Shown here: positions 11,113 through 22,413 of the stretch, one piece after another | How positions within the stretch are numbered: position 1 is the stretch's first letter | Layout of the letters: each line of letters begins with the position of its first letter | NCBI GenBank assembly: GCA_913055765.1 | Contig: CAJXKI010000001.1 | Location: 86 to 64,085 of the forward strand | Source: an uncultured Ectothiorhodospiraceae bacterium | GTDB taxonomy: Bacteria > Pseudomonadota > Gammaproteobacteria > Nitrococcales > Halorhodospiraceae | Reading direction: 5' to 3' | DNA: 64,000 nucleotides | Notes under the pieces: generated by a model | What the model was told of the DNA's origin: nothing | Seen by the model: the letters and a program-made list of their open reading frames with translations, nothing else | Databases searched by the model: none | Program-made: the position numbers and the translations under genes

Positions 11113-11883
11113 TCAGGCGGCCTCGGCGAGCTGCTCACCCCGGCCGCTGCGCTCCAGGACCCGCTCGATGAAGGCCCGGGTCTCGTAGGGGGCGCGGCGG
11201 GCGAGCAGGCGGCGCAGGTGGGCCAGGCCCTGGAGCCGCCCTCCCGAGAGCAGGTGGCGGGAGACGTTGCCCGGCCCCCAGTTGTACGCCGCTAGGGCCA
11301 GCCAGGTGGCCACCGGCTCGCCGTAGCCGGCGTAGCGCTCGTGCAGCTGGGCCAGGTAGTAGCTACCGACGAGGAGGTTCAGGCGCGGATCGGCGAGCCC
11401 CTCCTGGTCCAGCTCGACGCCCCTAGAGGCGCTGAGCCGCTCCAGCCACTCGGGGCGCCGCGCCTCAAGGTGCGCCGCGGTATCCGGGTGGATCTGCATC
11501 AGGCCCACCGCCCCGGCCTCGCTGACCGCGCCCGGGCGGTAGTCGCTCTCGGTACGCGCCACGGCCCGGATCAGCCTCGCGCTCAGGCCGCTAGCCGCGG
11601 CCGCCTCCGCCACCAGCTCGTCCAGCCGCTCCGGGGCGAGCGCCCGGTTGGAGTCGAGCCACGCCCGGCCTCGGTAGGCGACGGCAAGGGGCTCGACCAC
11701 CTCGCGGGAGACCGCAGGCAGCCCGGCCGCGGCCCGCAGGGCCTCGAGCTCGGCCGAGCCGCTGACGGCTACCGGCCCAGCGCCGCGCTCCACCGCCCAG
11801 GCCGAGTGCTGCAGCTGGTAGGCCCCGAGCGCGGACAGGATCAGGCTACCCCCCACAGTGAGCCAATCGGCGCGGTTCCTCAT
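11113..11883 (-). CDS. Membrane-anchored SLT-domain lytic transglycosylase
   Basis: ES catalytic motif, GAVGLMQI, AAYNWGPG, ETRAFI; N-terminal hydrophobic segment; GGAGG RBS before ATG 11883. Confidence 0.88.
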   Translation of the reverse strand: MRNRADWLTVGGSLILSALGAYQLQHSAWAVERGAGPVAVSGSAELEALRAAAGLPAVSREVVEPLAVAYRGRAWLDSNRALAPERLDELVAEAAAASGLSARLIRAVARTESDYRPGAVSEAGAVGLMQIHPDTAAHLEARRPEWLERLSASRGVELDQEGLADPRLNLLVGSYYLAQLHERYAGYGEPVATWLALAAYNWGPGNVSRHLLSGGRLQGLAHLRRLLARRAPYETRAFIERVLERSGRGEQLAEAA

Positions 11884-12028
11884 AGCCTCCGTCAGCGTTC
11901 GCCTCGGTGAGGCTTGGATCCTAACACGGAGATCGGGCGAGGCGGGGCGGCTGCCCCGGTGCAGTTCGACGCAGCCCACGCCGGCCCGTATCATCTATCA
12001 TCGGCCGCACCAACCGACCGGGAGCGCC

Positions 12029-12712
12029 ATGAGCGATATCGCCACGCGCCTGGAGGCAGTGCTCGCGCGGGTCCGCGCCGCAGAGGCCGAGTACGGCCGT
12101 GCGCCGGGCAGCGTCCGGGTGCTGGCCGTGAGCAAGCGCCACCCGCCCGAGGCGATCCGCGCCGCCCACGCAGCAGGCCAGCACGCCTTCGGCGAGAACT
12201 ACCTGCAGGAGGGCATCAGCAAGCAGGACGCGCTCGCCGGGCTGGGGCTCGAGTGGCACCTGGTCGGCGGGCTGCAATCGAACAAGACCCGCGAGGCGGC
12301 GGAGCGCTTCGACTGGGTCCACACCGTGGACCGGGGCAAGCTCGCCCGCCGCCTCAGCGAGCAGCGCCCCGCGGGGATGGCGCCGCTGAACGTGTGCCTG
12401 CAGGTGAACATCAGCGAGGAGCCGCAGAAGGCCGGCTGCCCGCCCGCGGAGGTAGCGGCGCTGGCCGCCGCCGTGGACGGCCTGCCGGGACTGCGCCTGC
12501 GCGGGTTGATGGCCCTGCCGGCACCGGCGGAGAGCTTTTCCGCCCAGCGGGAGCCGCTGGCTCGCCTGCGGGCCCTCCAGGAGCAGCTGTGCCAGGCGGG
12601 CCACGAGCTGGACACCCTGTCCATGGGCATGTCGGCGGACCTCGAGGCCGCCGTCGCGGAGGGGAGCAGCATGGTACGGATCGGCACCGCGATCTTCGGA
12701 GCGCGGGACTAG
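12029..12712 (+). CDS. yggS: PLP homeostasis protein
   Basis: LAVSK, FGENYLQE, LQSNK, LSMGMS, VRIGTAIFG. Confidence 0.96.
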   Translation: MSDIATRLEAVLARVRAAEAEYGRAPGSVRVLAVSKRHPPEAIRAAHAAGQHAFGENYLQEGISKQDALAGLGLEWHLVGGLQSNKTREAAERFDWVHTVDRGKLARRLSEQRPAGMAPLNVCLQVNISEEPQKAGCPPAEVAALAAAVDGLPGLRLRGLMALPAPAESFSAQREPLARLRALQEQLCQAGHELDTLSMGMSADLEAAVAEGSSMVRIGTAIFGARD

Positions 12713-12725
12713 AGGAGGAGCAGCG

Positions 12726-13556
12726 ATGACCCGTGAAGCCCGGATCGCCTTCATCGGCGGTGGCAACATGGCCCGCTCCCTGATCGGCGGGCTGATCACC
12801 GACGGCTACCCGGCCAACCGCATCGTGGTCAGCGAGCCGGATGCGGACCGCCGCAGCCGGCTGGGCGCGGAGCTCGGGGTGGAGGCCACCGAGGACAACG
12901 CCGCCGCAGCGCAGGGGGCCGAGGCGGTGATCCTGGCGGTCAAGCCGCAGGTCATCCGCGGCGTCGCCGACGCGCTCGGCCCGACGATCCGCCAGCAAGG
13001 CGCGGTCGCCGTCTCCATCGCGGCCGGCGTGCGCCTCGGGGACCTGGAGCGCTGGCTCGGCGACGGGACGCCCATCGTGCGGACCATGCCCAACACGCCC
13101 TCGCTGGTGCGCAGCGGGGCCACGGCGCTGATCGCCAACGATGCGGCGTCGAGCGCACAGGGCAACCTCGCTGAGCGGCTGCTGCGCGCTGTGGGGCAGA
13201 CCCGCTGGCTGGACACGGAGCAGCAGATGGACGCCGTCACGGCCCTGTCCGGCAGCGGGCCAGCCTACTTCTTCCTGGTCATGGAGGCCCTCGAGGACGC
13301 CGGCACGGAGCTGGGCCTGGACCGGGAGACCGCCCGCCTACTCACCCTGGAGACAGCCACGGGGGCAGCGCGCATGGCCCTGGAGGCCGACGACACGCCG
13401 GCGCAGCTGCGCCAGCGCGTCACCTCGCCCCAGGGCACCACCGAGCGGGCGCTAGGCGTCCTCGAGGACGCCGATCTGCGCGGCGCCCTGCAGCGCGCGG
13501 CCGAGGCCGCGGCTGAGCGCGCCGATGAGCTTGGCAATCTGCTTGGGGAGCAGTAA
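12726..13556 (+). CDS. proC: Pyrroline-5-carboxylate reductase
   Basis: IGGGNMA, AVKPQ, MPNTP, SGSGPAY, VTSPQGTT. Confidence 0.97.
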   Translation: MTREARIAFIGGGNMARSLIGGLITDGYPANRIVVSEPDADRRSRLGAELGVEATEDNAAAAQGAEAVILAVKPQVIRGVADALGPTIRQQGAVAVSIAAGVRLGDLERWLGDGTPIVRTMPNTPSLVRSGATALIANDAASSAQGNLAERLLRAVGQTRWLDTEQQMDAVTALSGSGPAYFFLVMEALEDAGTELGLDRETARLLTLETATGAARMALEADDTPAQLRQRVTSPQGTTERALGVLEDADLRGALQRAAEAAAERADELGNLLGEQ

Positions 13557-14134
13557 TGGACTCGAACTACCTGACCAATCCGCTGATCTTCCTGATCGGC
13601 ACCGCCTTCTCCCTCTACATCCTGGCGGTCATGCTGCGCTTCCTGCTGCAGACCGTGCGCGCCGACTTCCTCAACCCCATCTCGCAGACCCTGGTGCGCG
13701 CCACATCGCCGGTGCTCAGCCCGCTGCGCCGGGTCGTCCCGAGCGTCGGCGGGGTCGATACGGCATCCCTGGTGCTGATGCTCCTCCTCCAGCTGGTGGC
13801 CCTCTACCTGATCTTCCTGCTCGCCTACGGCCAGCCGCCGCCCATCGGGCCGCTGGCGCTGGCCTCGGTAGGGCGCCTGATCGGCCTGGCGCTCAACCTC
13901 TACACGGTGCTGATCCTGGTCGGCGTGATCATCAGCTGGGTCAACCCCACCGCCACCCACCCCGGGCTCAACCTCCTCCACCAGCTGGTCGGCCCGGTGC
14001 TCCGGCCGATCCGCTCCTCCCTGCCGGAGATGGGCGGCATCGACCTCTCCCCGCTGGTCGCGCTGGTGCTCATCCACATCGTGCGGATGCTGACCGTGTA
14101 CCCGCTGGAGGCGCAGCTGCCGCTGCCGATCTAG
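13556..14134 (+). CDS. yggT: YggT family membrane protein
   Basis: Two YGGT repeats, GGIDLSP; conserved position. Confidence 0.93.
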   Translation: MDSNYLTNPLIFLIGTAFSLYILAVMLRFLLQTVRADFLNPISQTLVRATSPVLSPLRRVVPSVGGVDTASLVLMLLLQLVALYLIFLLAYGQPPPIGPLALASVGRLIGLALNLYTVLILVGVIISWVNPTATHPGLNLLHQLVGPVLRPIRSSLPEMGGIDLSPLVALVLIHIVRMLTVYPLEAQLPLPI

Positions 14135-14144
14135 GACGAGCACC

Positions 14145-14447
14145 ATGGCCTGGGCCCAACGCGACCCGCAGAGCGGAGACTGGCTCCTGAGCCTGCGCAT
14201 CACCCCCCGTTCCAAGCAGGAGGCGCTGAGCGTGGAGGGCGGGCAGCTGCGCGTCCGGCTGAAGGCACCGCCCGCCGAGGGCAAGGCCAACGCCGCGCTC
14301 CGCCGGCTGCTGGTCAAGCGCCTGCGGGTGCCGAAGTCCGCGGTCTCGGTAGAGGCCGGGGCACGGGGGCGGGACAAGAAGGTGCGCATCGCCGCCGAGC
14401 CGACCTGGCCGGAGGGGCTGGCCGACCCCCAGGGCCCGGGCCCGTGA
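14145..14447 (+). CDS. yggU: DUF167 family protein
   Basis: APPAEGKAN, GARGRDK; conserved position. Confidence 0.9.
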   Translation: MAWAQRDPQSGDWLLSLRITPRSKQEALSVEGGQLRVRLKAPPAEGKANAALRRLLVKRLRVPKSAVSVEAGARGRDKKVRIAAEPTWPEGLADPQGPGP

Positions 14448-14513
14448 CTGGCTTGTCCGCCCGCTCACCCGCTCGATAGACTGGATAGCTATCGCTCAGC
14501 GATCGGGAGCGCC

Positions 14514-15662
14514 ATGGTCAAGAGCCCCCCTGCCGAGTCCGTCGGACTCGTCACGCAGCACAAGGCGGCCTTCGAGGAGCCACTGCCGCTAGTCTGCGGG
14601 CGGGAGCTGCCCCGCTACGAGCTGGTCTACGAGACCTACGGGGAACTCAACCGCGAGCGGACCAACGCCGTCCTGGTCTGCCACGCCCTGTCGGGGAACC
14701 ACCACGCCGCAGGGTATCATTCGGAGCACGACCGCAAGCCGGGCTGGTGGGAGACCTGCATCGGCCCCGGCAAGCCGCTGGATACCAACCGCTTCTTCAT
14801 CGTCTGCAGCAACAACCTCGGCGGCTGCCACGGCTCCACCGGGCCGGCGAGCCTCAACCCGGAGACCGGCAAGCCCTACGGCGATCAGTTCCCGGTGGTC
14901 ACGGTCCGGGACTGGGTACGCAGCCAGGCGCGCCTCGCCGATCGGCTCGGCATCCGGCAGTGGGCGGCGGTGGCCGGGGGCAGCCTCGGCGGCATGCAGG
15001 CGCTGCAGTGGGCCATCGACTACCCGGACCGGCTGCGCCACGCCGTCGCCATCGCCGCCGCGCCGCGGCTGTCGGCGCAGAACATCGGCTTCAACGAGGT
15101 CGCCCGGCAGGCGATCATGAGCGATCCCGAGTTCCACGGCGGCCGCTACTACGACTACGGCGTCTCGCCCCGGCGCGGGCTCGCCGTGGCCCGGATGCTC
15201 GGCCACATCACCTACCTCTCCGACGACGCCATGCGCGCCAAGTTCGGGCGCGACCTGCGCGGCGACATCAGCTTCGACTTCGAGGAGGTGGACTTCGAGG
15301 TGGAGAGCTACCTCCGCTACCAGGGGCAGCGCTTCGTGCAGGACTTCGACGCCAACACCTACCTGCTCATGACCAAGGCGCTGGACTACTTCGACCCGGC
15401 CGCCGAGCACGATGACGACTTCTCCGCGGCCCTGGCGAGCGTCGCGTGCTCGACGCTGCTGCTGTCCTTCTCCAGCGACTGGCGCTTCCCCCCGGCGCGC
15501 TCGCGGGAGATCCTCCGCGCCCTGCTCGAGAACAACAAGCCGGTCAGCCACATGGAGATCGAGGCCACCCAGGGCCACGACGCCTTCCTGATGCCCATCC
15601 AGCGCTACCTGGAGGCCTTCTCCGCCTACATGGGCAACGTCGCCCGGGAGGTGGGGGCGTGA
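14514..15662 (+). CDS. metX: Homoserine O-acyl (succinyl/acetyl) transferase
   Basis: CHALSG, GGSLGG nucleophile, GHDAFL. Confidence 0.96.
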   Translation: MVKSPPAESVGLVTQHKAAFEEPLPLVCGRELPRYELVYETYGELNRERTNAVLVCHALSGNHHAAGYHSEHDRKPGWWETCIGPGKPLDTNRFFIVCSNNLGGCHGSTGPASLNPETGKPYGDQFPVVTVRDWVRSQARLADRLGIRQWAAVAGGSLGGMQALQWAIDYPDRLRHAVAIAAAPRLSAQNIGFNEVARQAIMSDPEFHGGRYYDYGVSPRRGLAVARMLGHITYLSDDAMRAKFGRDLRGDISFDFEEVDFEVESYLRYQGQRFVQDFDANTYLLMTKALDYFDPAAEHDDDFSAALASVACSTLLLSFSSDWRFPPARSREILRALLENNKPVSHMEIEATQGHDAFLMPIQRYLEAFSAYMGNVAREVGA

Positions 15663-16273
15663 ATCCGCTGCGCCGCGAGCTGGAGATCGTCGCCGAGTGG
15701 GTGGAGCCGGGCTCCCGCGTCCTGGACCTGGGCTGCGGCGACGGCACGCTGCTGCAGTACCTGATCGAGCGCAAGGGGGTGACCGCCTACGGCCTGGAGC
15801 ACGACCCGCGCAAGGTCACGGGCTGCATGGCCCGCGGGGTGAACGTGGTGCGCGCGGACCTCGACGACGGGCTGAGCGACTTCCATCGCGACAGCTTCGA
15901 CCACGTCATCATGAGCCAGACCATCCAGGCGGTCCGCTATCCGGACAAGCTCCTCGAGGACATGCTGCGGGTGGCCCACCACGGCATCGTGACCTTCCCC
16001 AACATCGGCTACTGGCGGCTGCGCGTCCAGCTGCTGCTCCAGGGGCGCATGCCGCGCAGCCCGGCGCTGCCCAACGCCTGGTACAACTCCCCGAACATCC
16101 ACCTGTGCACGGTGCGCGACTTCGAGCGCCTGTGCGCCAGCATGGGCGTCCAGATCCGCGAGCGCCGCCTGCTCGACCGCGCCCACCGCTCCACGCCGGT
16201 CATCGACCTCGCCCCGAACCTGCTCGGCGAGATCGCCATCTACCGTTTCGTACGCGGCAGCGAGTCGCTGTAG
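15659..16273 (+). CDS. metW: Methionine biosynthesis protein MetW
   Basis: GTG start overlaps the metX stop; [21 protein letters not shown]. Confidence 0.94.
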   Translation: MNPLRRELEIVAEWVEPGSRVLDLGCGDGTLLQYLIERKGVTAYGLEHDPRKVTGCMARGVNVVRADLDDGLSDFHRDSFDHVIMSQTIQAVRYPDKLLEDMLRVAHHGIVTFPNIGYWRLRVQLLLQGRMPRSPALPNAWYNSPNIHLCTVRDFERLCASMGVQIRERRLLDRAHRSTPVIDLAPNLLGEIAIYRFVRGSESL

Positions 16274-16343
16274 AATCCCCGCTACGGGACGCGGGCCCTG
16301 CGGGCCCGCGGGCGCTTTGAACCTCGCAGGATCGGAACGGCCT

Positions 16344-17030
16344 ATGCAGCCCGAGTATGTCCGGTACAACCAGACGGTCGTGGAGCGGCGCCGCTCCCCG
16401 TACCAGGATATCGTGATCGCCTACGACCCTGGTGTCGGTCACCTGCTCTACCTCAACGACGACCTCCAGATCGCCAACGCCGACGAGCCGTACAACCGGA
16501 CGCTGATCGAGCCGCTGCGCCAGGGGGGCGCCCTCGGCGACGTGCTCATCCTCGGCGGCGGCGACGGCGGCGTCCTGCGCGCCGTGCTCGACGCCGGCGC
16601 CCGCCGGGCCGTGCTCGTGGACATCGACGCTGAGGTCATCGAGCTCTCCCGGCGGTACCTGCCCGACCTGTGCGGCGACGCCTTCGATCGCGAGGGCGCC
16701 GAGGTGATCGTCGGCGACGCCTTCGCCCGCCTCGACGCCGAGGAGCGCTGGGACGGCATCGTCTACGACCTGACCATGGATCCCGTCCGCGAGGACCAGC
16801 CGCGCACCGCGTACATCCGCGAGATCCTCGGCAAGATCGGGCGGCGCCTGCGTCCCGGCGGGGTGATGTCGATGCAGTGCTGCGGCGCCGACGAGCCCGG
16901 CCTGCGCGAGGAGATCCGCGCGGGGCTGGACCATACCTTCGCCGAGTGGGATGATTGGGAGGCGCAGATCCCCTCCTTCGACATCCCCTGGGTCTTCGCG
17001 TGGGCGCGCGCCCCGCAGGAGGAGCCTTGA
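16344..17030 (+). CDS. Aminopropyltransferase (spermine/spermidine synthase family)
   Basis: SPYQDI, ILGGGDGG, VDID, YDLT. Confidence 0.82.
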   Translation: MQPEYVRYNQTVVERRRSPYQDIVIAYDPGVGHLLYLNDDLQIANADEPYNRTLIEPLRQGGALGDVLILGGGDGGVLRAVLDAGARRAVLVDIDAEVIELSRRYLPDLCGDAFDREGAEVIVGDAFARLDAEERWDGIVYDLTMDPVREDQPRTAYIREILGKIGRRLRPGGVMSMQCCGADEPGLREEIRAGLDHTFAEWDDWEAQIPSFDIPWVFAWARAPQEEP

Positions 17031-17950
17031 CCACCTGGCTGATCACGCACCCGCAGTGCTCGGAGCACGAGGCCGGCGACGGGCACCCGGAGAGCGCCGA
17101 GCGGCTGCAGGCCATCCTCCGGGCCCTGCAGCACCAGACCTTCGAGTACGTGCTCCGCGAGACGGCGCCGCGGGCGAGCCTCGAGCAGCTCGAGCAGGCT
17201 CATGAGCCGGGCTATGTACGCTCGGTGCTCGACAGCGTACCCAGCGAGGGGGTCCACGAGCTCGACTCGGACACGCGGCTCTGCCCGGCCTCCGGCGAGG
17301 CGGCCCTGCGCGCCGCCGGTGCCGTCTGCCACGGGGTCGACGGCGTGCTCTCGGGCAAGGCCCGGCGGGCCTTCTGCGCCGTACGGCCACCCGGCCACCA
17401 CGCCGAGTCGGACCGGGCCATGGGCTTCTGCTTCTTCAACAACATCGCCGTCGCCGCCGGCTACGCCGTAGCCCACTACGGCCTGGAACGCGTCGCCATG
17501 GTCGACTTCGACGTCCACCACGGCAACGGCACCGAGGAGATCAGCCGGGGCCGGCGCGGCCTCTACTACTTCTCCACGCACCAGCACCCGCTCTTCCCGG
17601 GCACCGGCATCCCCTCGGACGACGCCCCGGCGAACATCGTCAACGCCACCCTCGCCGACGGCGACGGCTCCGAGGCCTTCCGGCGGGCCTTCAACGAGAC
17701 CGTCCTGCCGCGGCTCGACGCCCTGGCGCCGGAGCTGATCCTGATCTCCGCCGGCTTCGACGCCCACCGGGCCGATCCGCTGGCCACGCTCCAGCTGGAC
17801 GAGACGGACTTCGCCTGGGCCACCCGGGAGCTGGGGGCCGTCGCCCAGCGGCACTGCCAGGGACGGATGGTCTCGGTGCTCGAGGGCGGCTACAACACCG
17901 CCATGGTGGGCCGCTGCGCTGCCGCCCACCTCGAGGCGCTGATGATGTAG
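17027..17950 (+). CDS. Histone-deacetylase/AcuC family Zn amidohydrolase
   Basis: HPE, RPPGHHA, GFCFFNN, DFDVHHGNGT, SAGFDAH, LEGGY; TTG start overlaps the upstream stop. Confidence 0.93.
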   Translation: MTTWLITHPQCSEHEAGDGHPESAERLQAILRALQHQTFEYVLRETAPRASLEQLEQAHEPGYVRSVLDSVPSEGVHELDSDTRLCPASGEAALRAAGAVCHGVDGVLSGKARRAFCAVRPPGHHAESDRAMGFCFFNNIAVAAGYAVAHYGLERVAMVDFDVHHGNGTEEISRGRRGLYYFSTHQHPLFPGTGIPSDDAPANIVNATLADGDGSEAFRRAFNETVLPRLDALAPELILISAGFDAHRADPLATLQLDETDFAWATRELGAVAQRHCQGRMVSVLEGGYNTAMVGRCAAAHLEALMM

Positions 17951-18014
17951 GCTGCGTCGGGGTGGCGCAGGGCGCCGCGCCCGGCAAGGCCCAGCACAAC
18001 CCGAGGGTACGGCT

Positions 18015-18185
18015 ATGGCGAGCGATCAACACCAGGCCCAGACCGATGACGAGCCGCGGGCGCTGTCGGACCACCAGGTCCGCGACAAGCACAGCCGCGA
18101 GCAGGTCCAGCGCTGGCGGGAGGAGGCGGCCCGCTACCACCAGCGCTGGTTCCGCGTCATGAACAACCCCTACGGCCGGGACTAG
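18015..18185 (+). CDS. Small hypothetical protein (56 aa)
   Basis: MASDQHQAQTDDEPRALSDHQVRDKHSREQVQRWREEAARYHQRWFRVMNNPYGRD; GAGGG upstream; high GC3; fills the intergenic gap. Confidence 0.6.
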   Translation: MASDQHQAQTDDEPRALSDHQVRDKHSREQVQRWREEAARYHQRWFRVMNNPYGRD

Positions 18186-18204
18186 AGGCCGCCCGGCACC
18201 CCGC

Positions 18205-18837
18205 CTACGAGGCCGGCACCCGCGGGTTGAGGCTGTAGGTGGCGGTCAGGCGCGCCTGCGCCAGGACGTGGGGCCGGACGGCGGCGAGCAGATCCCGCCC
18301 GCGGAAGCCCGCTGCCAGCGGGAGCCGCGGCGTATCGAGGGCGTAGAGGGTGAAGGCGTAGCGGTGGGGGACGGCGTCGTTCCACGGCGGGCAGGGCCCG
18401 TCGTAGCCGTAGTAGGTCCCCTCGAGGGCGGCGTCGCCGGCGAAGCGTTCGGTGTAGTCGTTCACCCCCTGCCGGCTGCCGTGGGGGCCCTGGGGCGCAC
18501 GCTTGCCGCCGGGGATCACCCCCTCGGCGCAGGCCCCCTCCGCCAGCTCCCCCGCCGCCGGATCCAGGTCGGCCAGCAGCCACAGGAAGGCGTTGACTCG
18601 GGGCAGATCCGCCGGGACCTCCCGGTCCTCGCGGTTGATCGCGCAGGCCTGGCTGGGGGCGTCGGGATCGTGGCAGACCAGGGCCAAGGAGCAGGTCCCT
18701 CGGGGCAGGCCTGCCCAGCCGAGGTGGGGACTGAGGTTCCGGCCCGGGGCCGTGCGCTGCTCGGGGTCCGGCACGCCGAAGGCGCATCGCTCCGGGACCC
18801 GCTGCCCCTCGGCCAGGCTCCGGCTGGTCAGCCGCAT
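18205..18837 (-). CDS. YbhB/YbcL (PEBP / Raf kinase inhibitor-like) protein
   Basis: NLSPHLGW, DPDAP, YDGPCPPWND, HRYAFTLYALD. Confidence 0.9.
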   Translation of the reverse strand: MRLTSRSLAEGQRVPERCAFGVPDPEQRTAPGRNLSPHLGWAGLPRGTCSLALVCHDPDAPSQACAINREDREVPADLPRVNAFLWLLADLDPAAGELAEGACAEGVIPGGKRAPQGPHGSRQGVNDYTERFAGDAALEGTYYGYDGPCPPWNDAVPHRYAFTLYALDTPRLPLAAGFRGRDLLAAVRPHVLAQARLTATYSLNPRVPAS

Positions 18838-18904
18838 TGCCGCCCCTCCTGCCGCTCGGGTTAGCCTTGCCCTGGAGTATAATCGCCGACGGCAGGGCGT
18901 GACG

Positions 18905-19333
18905 ATGCGGATACGGCTCTTCGCCTACGGCACGATCCTGGAGGGAGCCAGCGACCCCCAGGTCGAGGCGGCTGTCCACCGGTACACCGAGCGCGTGGAT
19001 GAGGGGCGGGTGCCGGGCCGGCTCTACGACCTAGGGCCGTTCCCCGGGGCGGTCCCCCAGGCGCCTGAGGCGGCCCAGGCGGCGTGGGTCTACGGGGTCA
19101 TCCTCACCCTCCTGGACCCGAGCCGGGTCTTCCAGGTGCTTGACCCGTACGAGGACTGCGATCCCGACCGGCCCAGGGACGGCATGTACCGCCGCGAGCG
19201 GGCCTCCGTCACCCCGCTCGGGGATCCGGAGCGGCCGCTCACCTGCCAGGTGTACTGGCTCAATGAGGTGCCGGGCTACGCCCGCCCCATCGGCGGCGGC
19301 GACTGGCGCGCCCATCTCCGTGCCCGGCCCTGA
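18905..19333 (+). CDS. Gamma-glutamylcyclotransferase (AIG2-like) family protein
   Basis: FAYGT, LYDLGPFPG, LDPYE; TATAAT upstream. Confidence 0.85.
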   Translation: MRIRLFAYGTILEGASDPQVEAAVHRYTERVDEGRVPGRLYDLGPFPGAVPQAPEAAQAAWVYGVILTLLDPSRVFQVLDPYEDCDPDRPRDGMYRRERASVTPLGDPERPLTCQVYWLNEVPGYARPIGGGDWRAHLRARP

Positions 19334-19364
19334 AAGAAGAAAAAGGCGGGCGAGCTGCCCGCCT
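19333..19364 (-). terminator. Rho-independent terminator of the hsp20 gene
   Basis: Minus strand AGGCGGGC-AGCTC-GCCCGCCT followed by TTTTCTTCTTT. Confidence 0.8.
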
Positions 19365-19425
19365 GGGGGAGAGGGGCGCCTGGCCGATGCAGGCGCCGAG
19401 GGCCGCCCCGCCGGCGGCGGGCCGC

Positions 19426-19938
19426 TCACGCCGCCCGCTGGACCTCGATCCGGCGGGCCTGCTCGGCCTCCTGGGCCTTCGGCAGGGTGACCGTGAGCAC
19501 GCCGTTGCGGAACTCGGCGTTGATCTGCTCGTCGTTGATCGCCCGATTCAGCGGGATCTGCCGCTCGAAGCGGCCGTAGGCGCGCTCGGTCACGTGCACC
19601 TGTCGGCCCTGATCCTCGTGCTCGGCGCGCTTCTCGCCGGCGATGCGCAGCACGCCGTCGTTGTACGTCACCTCGACATCGTCCTCCGTCATGCCGGGCA
19701 GCTCGGCGCTGACGTAGAGGTTGCTGTCATCCTCCTGGACGTCGACCTGCGGCGCGGCGATGCCCGCCCCCATGGCCGCGCTGGCCGGCGCCTCAAGGCC
19801 GCCACGGCGCAGGTCATCGAAGAGGCGCATCATCTCCGTCTGCAGCGCGGAGAAGGGATCGCGGGCCATCACATCGCGATTGGTAGCCCGGCCCTGCGGA
19901 CCGACATCTGTCGCGGGGAAGAGACTCCGACGCACCAT
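19426..19938 (-). CDS. Hsp20/alpha-crystallin small heat shock protein
   Basis: AELPG, ERAYGRFER, NGVLTVTLPK; AAGGAGGT RBS. Confidence 0.95.
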   Translation of the reverse strand: MVRRSLFPATDVGPQGRATNRDVMARDPFSALQTEMMRLFDDLRRGGLEAPASAAMGAGIAAPQVDVQEDDSNLYVSAELPGMTEDDVEVTYNDGVLRIAGEKRAEHEDQGRQVHVTERAYGRFERQIPLNRAINDEQINAEFRNGVLTVTLPKAQEAEQARRIEVQRAA

Positions 19939-20029
19939 ACGGCATCACCTCCTTGCTCGCTTGCCCGTAGACCTACCTGCACCTCGCTGCGCTTGCCTCG
20001 CCGAGATCCTCCTGTTGCCACTCCCTCAG

Positions 20030-20056
20030 CTATAGGCGGTGGCCGGGCTCTTCAAG
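20030..20056 (-). promoter_or_regulatory. Putative sigma-32 (RpoH) promoter of hsp20
   Basis: CTTGAA-N14-CCTATAG compared with consensus CTTGAA-N13-17-CCCCATNT. Confidence 0.45.
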
Positions 20057-20093
20057 GGGGGAGGCCAGGCAGCGCCGCTCGGGGCGCACCGGG

Positions 20094-21697
<1,604 letters not shown>

Positions 21698-21699
21698 GG

Positions 21700-22413
21700 T
21701 CAGATCCTTCCCAGGAAGTCTCGGATGGCCTGCGCCACGGCGGCGCAGTGGGTGTCGTGGGGCACATGGCCGGCATCCGCCAGGATCCGGGCGTCACCGC
21801 CGAAGGCCGCAGCGGCGTGGCGGAGCGCCTCCGGCGGCACCAGCGGATCGCGCTCGCCGCCGAGCCACAGGGTCGGCACCGAGACGCCTGCGGCGGCCGG
21901 TCGCGAGTCGGCCTCCGCCAGCGCGGCCAGCCCGGCGGCCAGCCCGGCCGGCGTGGCCGAGCCGGCGCCGGCAACCGCGGCGGCGTCGGCGTCGGAGACG
22001 CTGCCGAGCCGGCGCCGGAAGCGCCGCACGGTGGCCGCCGGGCTGCGCGCCAGGCCCGCGCGCATGGCGTCCAGCTCCTGCGCCGGCACGGCCCAGGGCC
22101 AACCGTCGCCCACGATGAATCGCGGCGTCGCCGCGAGCAGGACCACACCGCGCAGGGGCTTGCCACCGCGCAGGGCCTCCAGCGCCGCGGTGCCGCCCAG
22201 CGACCAGCCCACCCAGACAGCGCCGTCGGGCACCGCCGCGGATACGGGCCCCACCACACCGGGCAGGTCGGCGGTAGCCGGATCGGCCCGGCCGCCGTGG
22301 CCCGGCAGCTCGACCACCCCCGCGGGCGCCTCATCGCCGAGGGCCGCCAGCAGGGGCCCGAAGGCCGCGGCGTCGAAGGACCAGCCGGGGACCAGGCACA
22401 GCGGCGCGCTCAT
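21700..22413 (-). CDS. bioH: Pimeloyl-ACP methyl ester esterase
   Basis: GWSLGG, DPLVP, GHVP catalytic triad; lies between bioF and bioC. Confidence 0.85.
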   Translation of the reverse strand: MSAPLCLVPGWSFDAAAFGPLLAALGDEAPAGVVELPGHGGRADPATADLPGVVGPVSAAVPDGAVWVGWSLGGTAALEALRGGKPLRGVVLLAATPRFIVGDGWPWAVPAQELDAMRAGLARSPAATVRRFRRRLGSVSDADAAAVAGAGSATPAGLAAGLAALAEADSRPAAAGVSVPTLWLGGERDPLVPPEALRHAAAAFGGDARILADAGHVPHDTHCAAVAQAIRDFLGRI

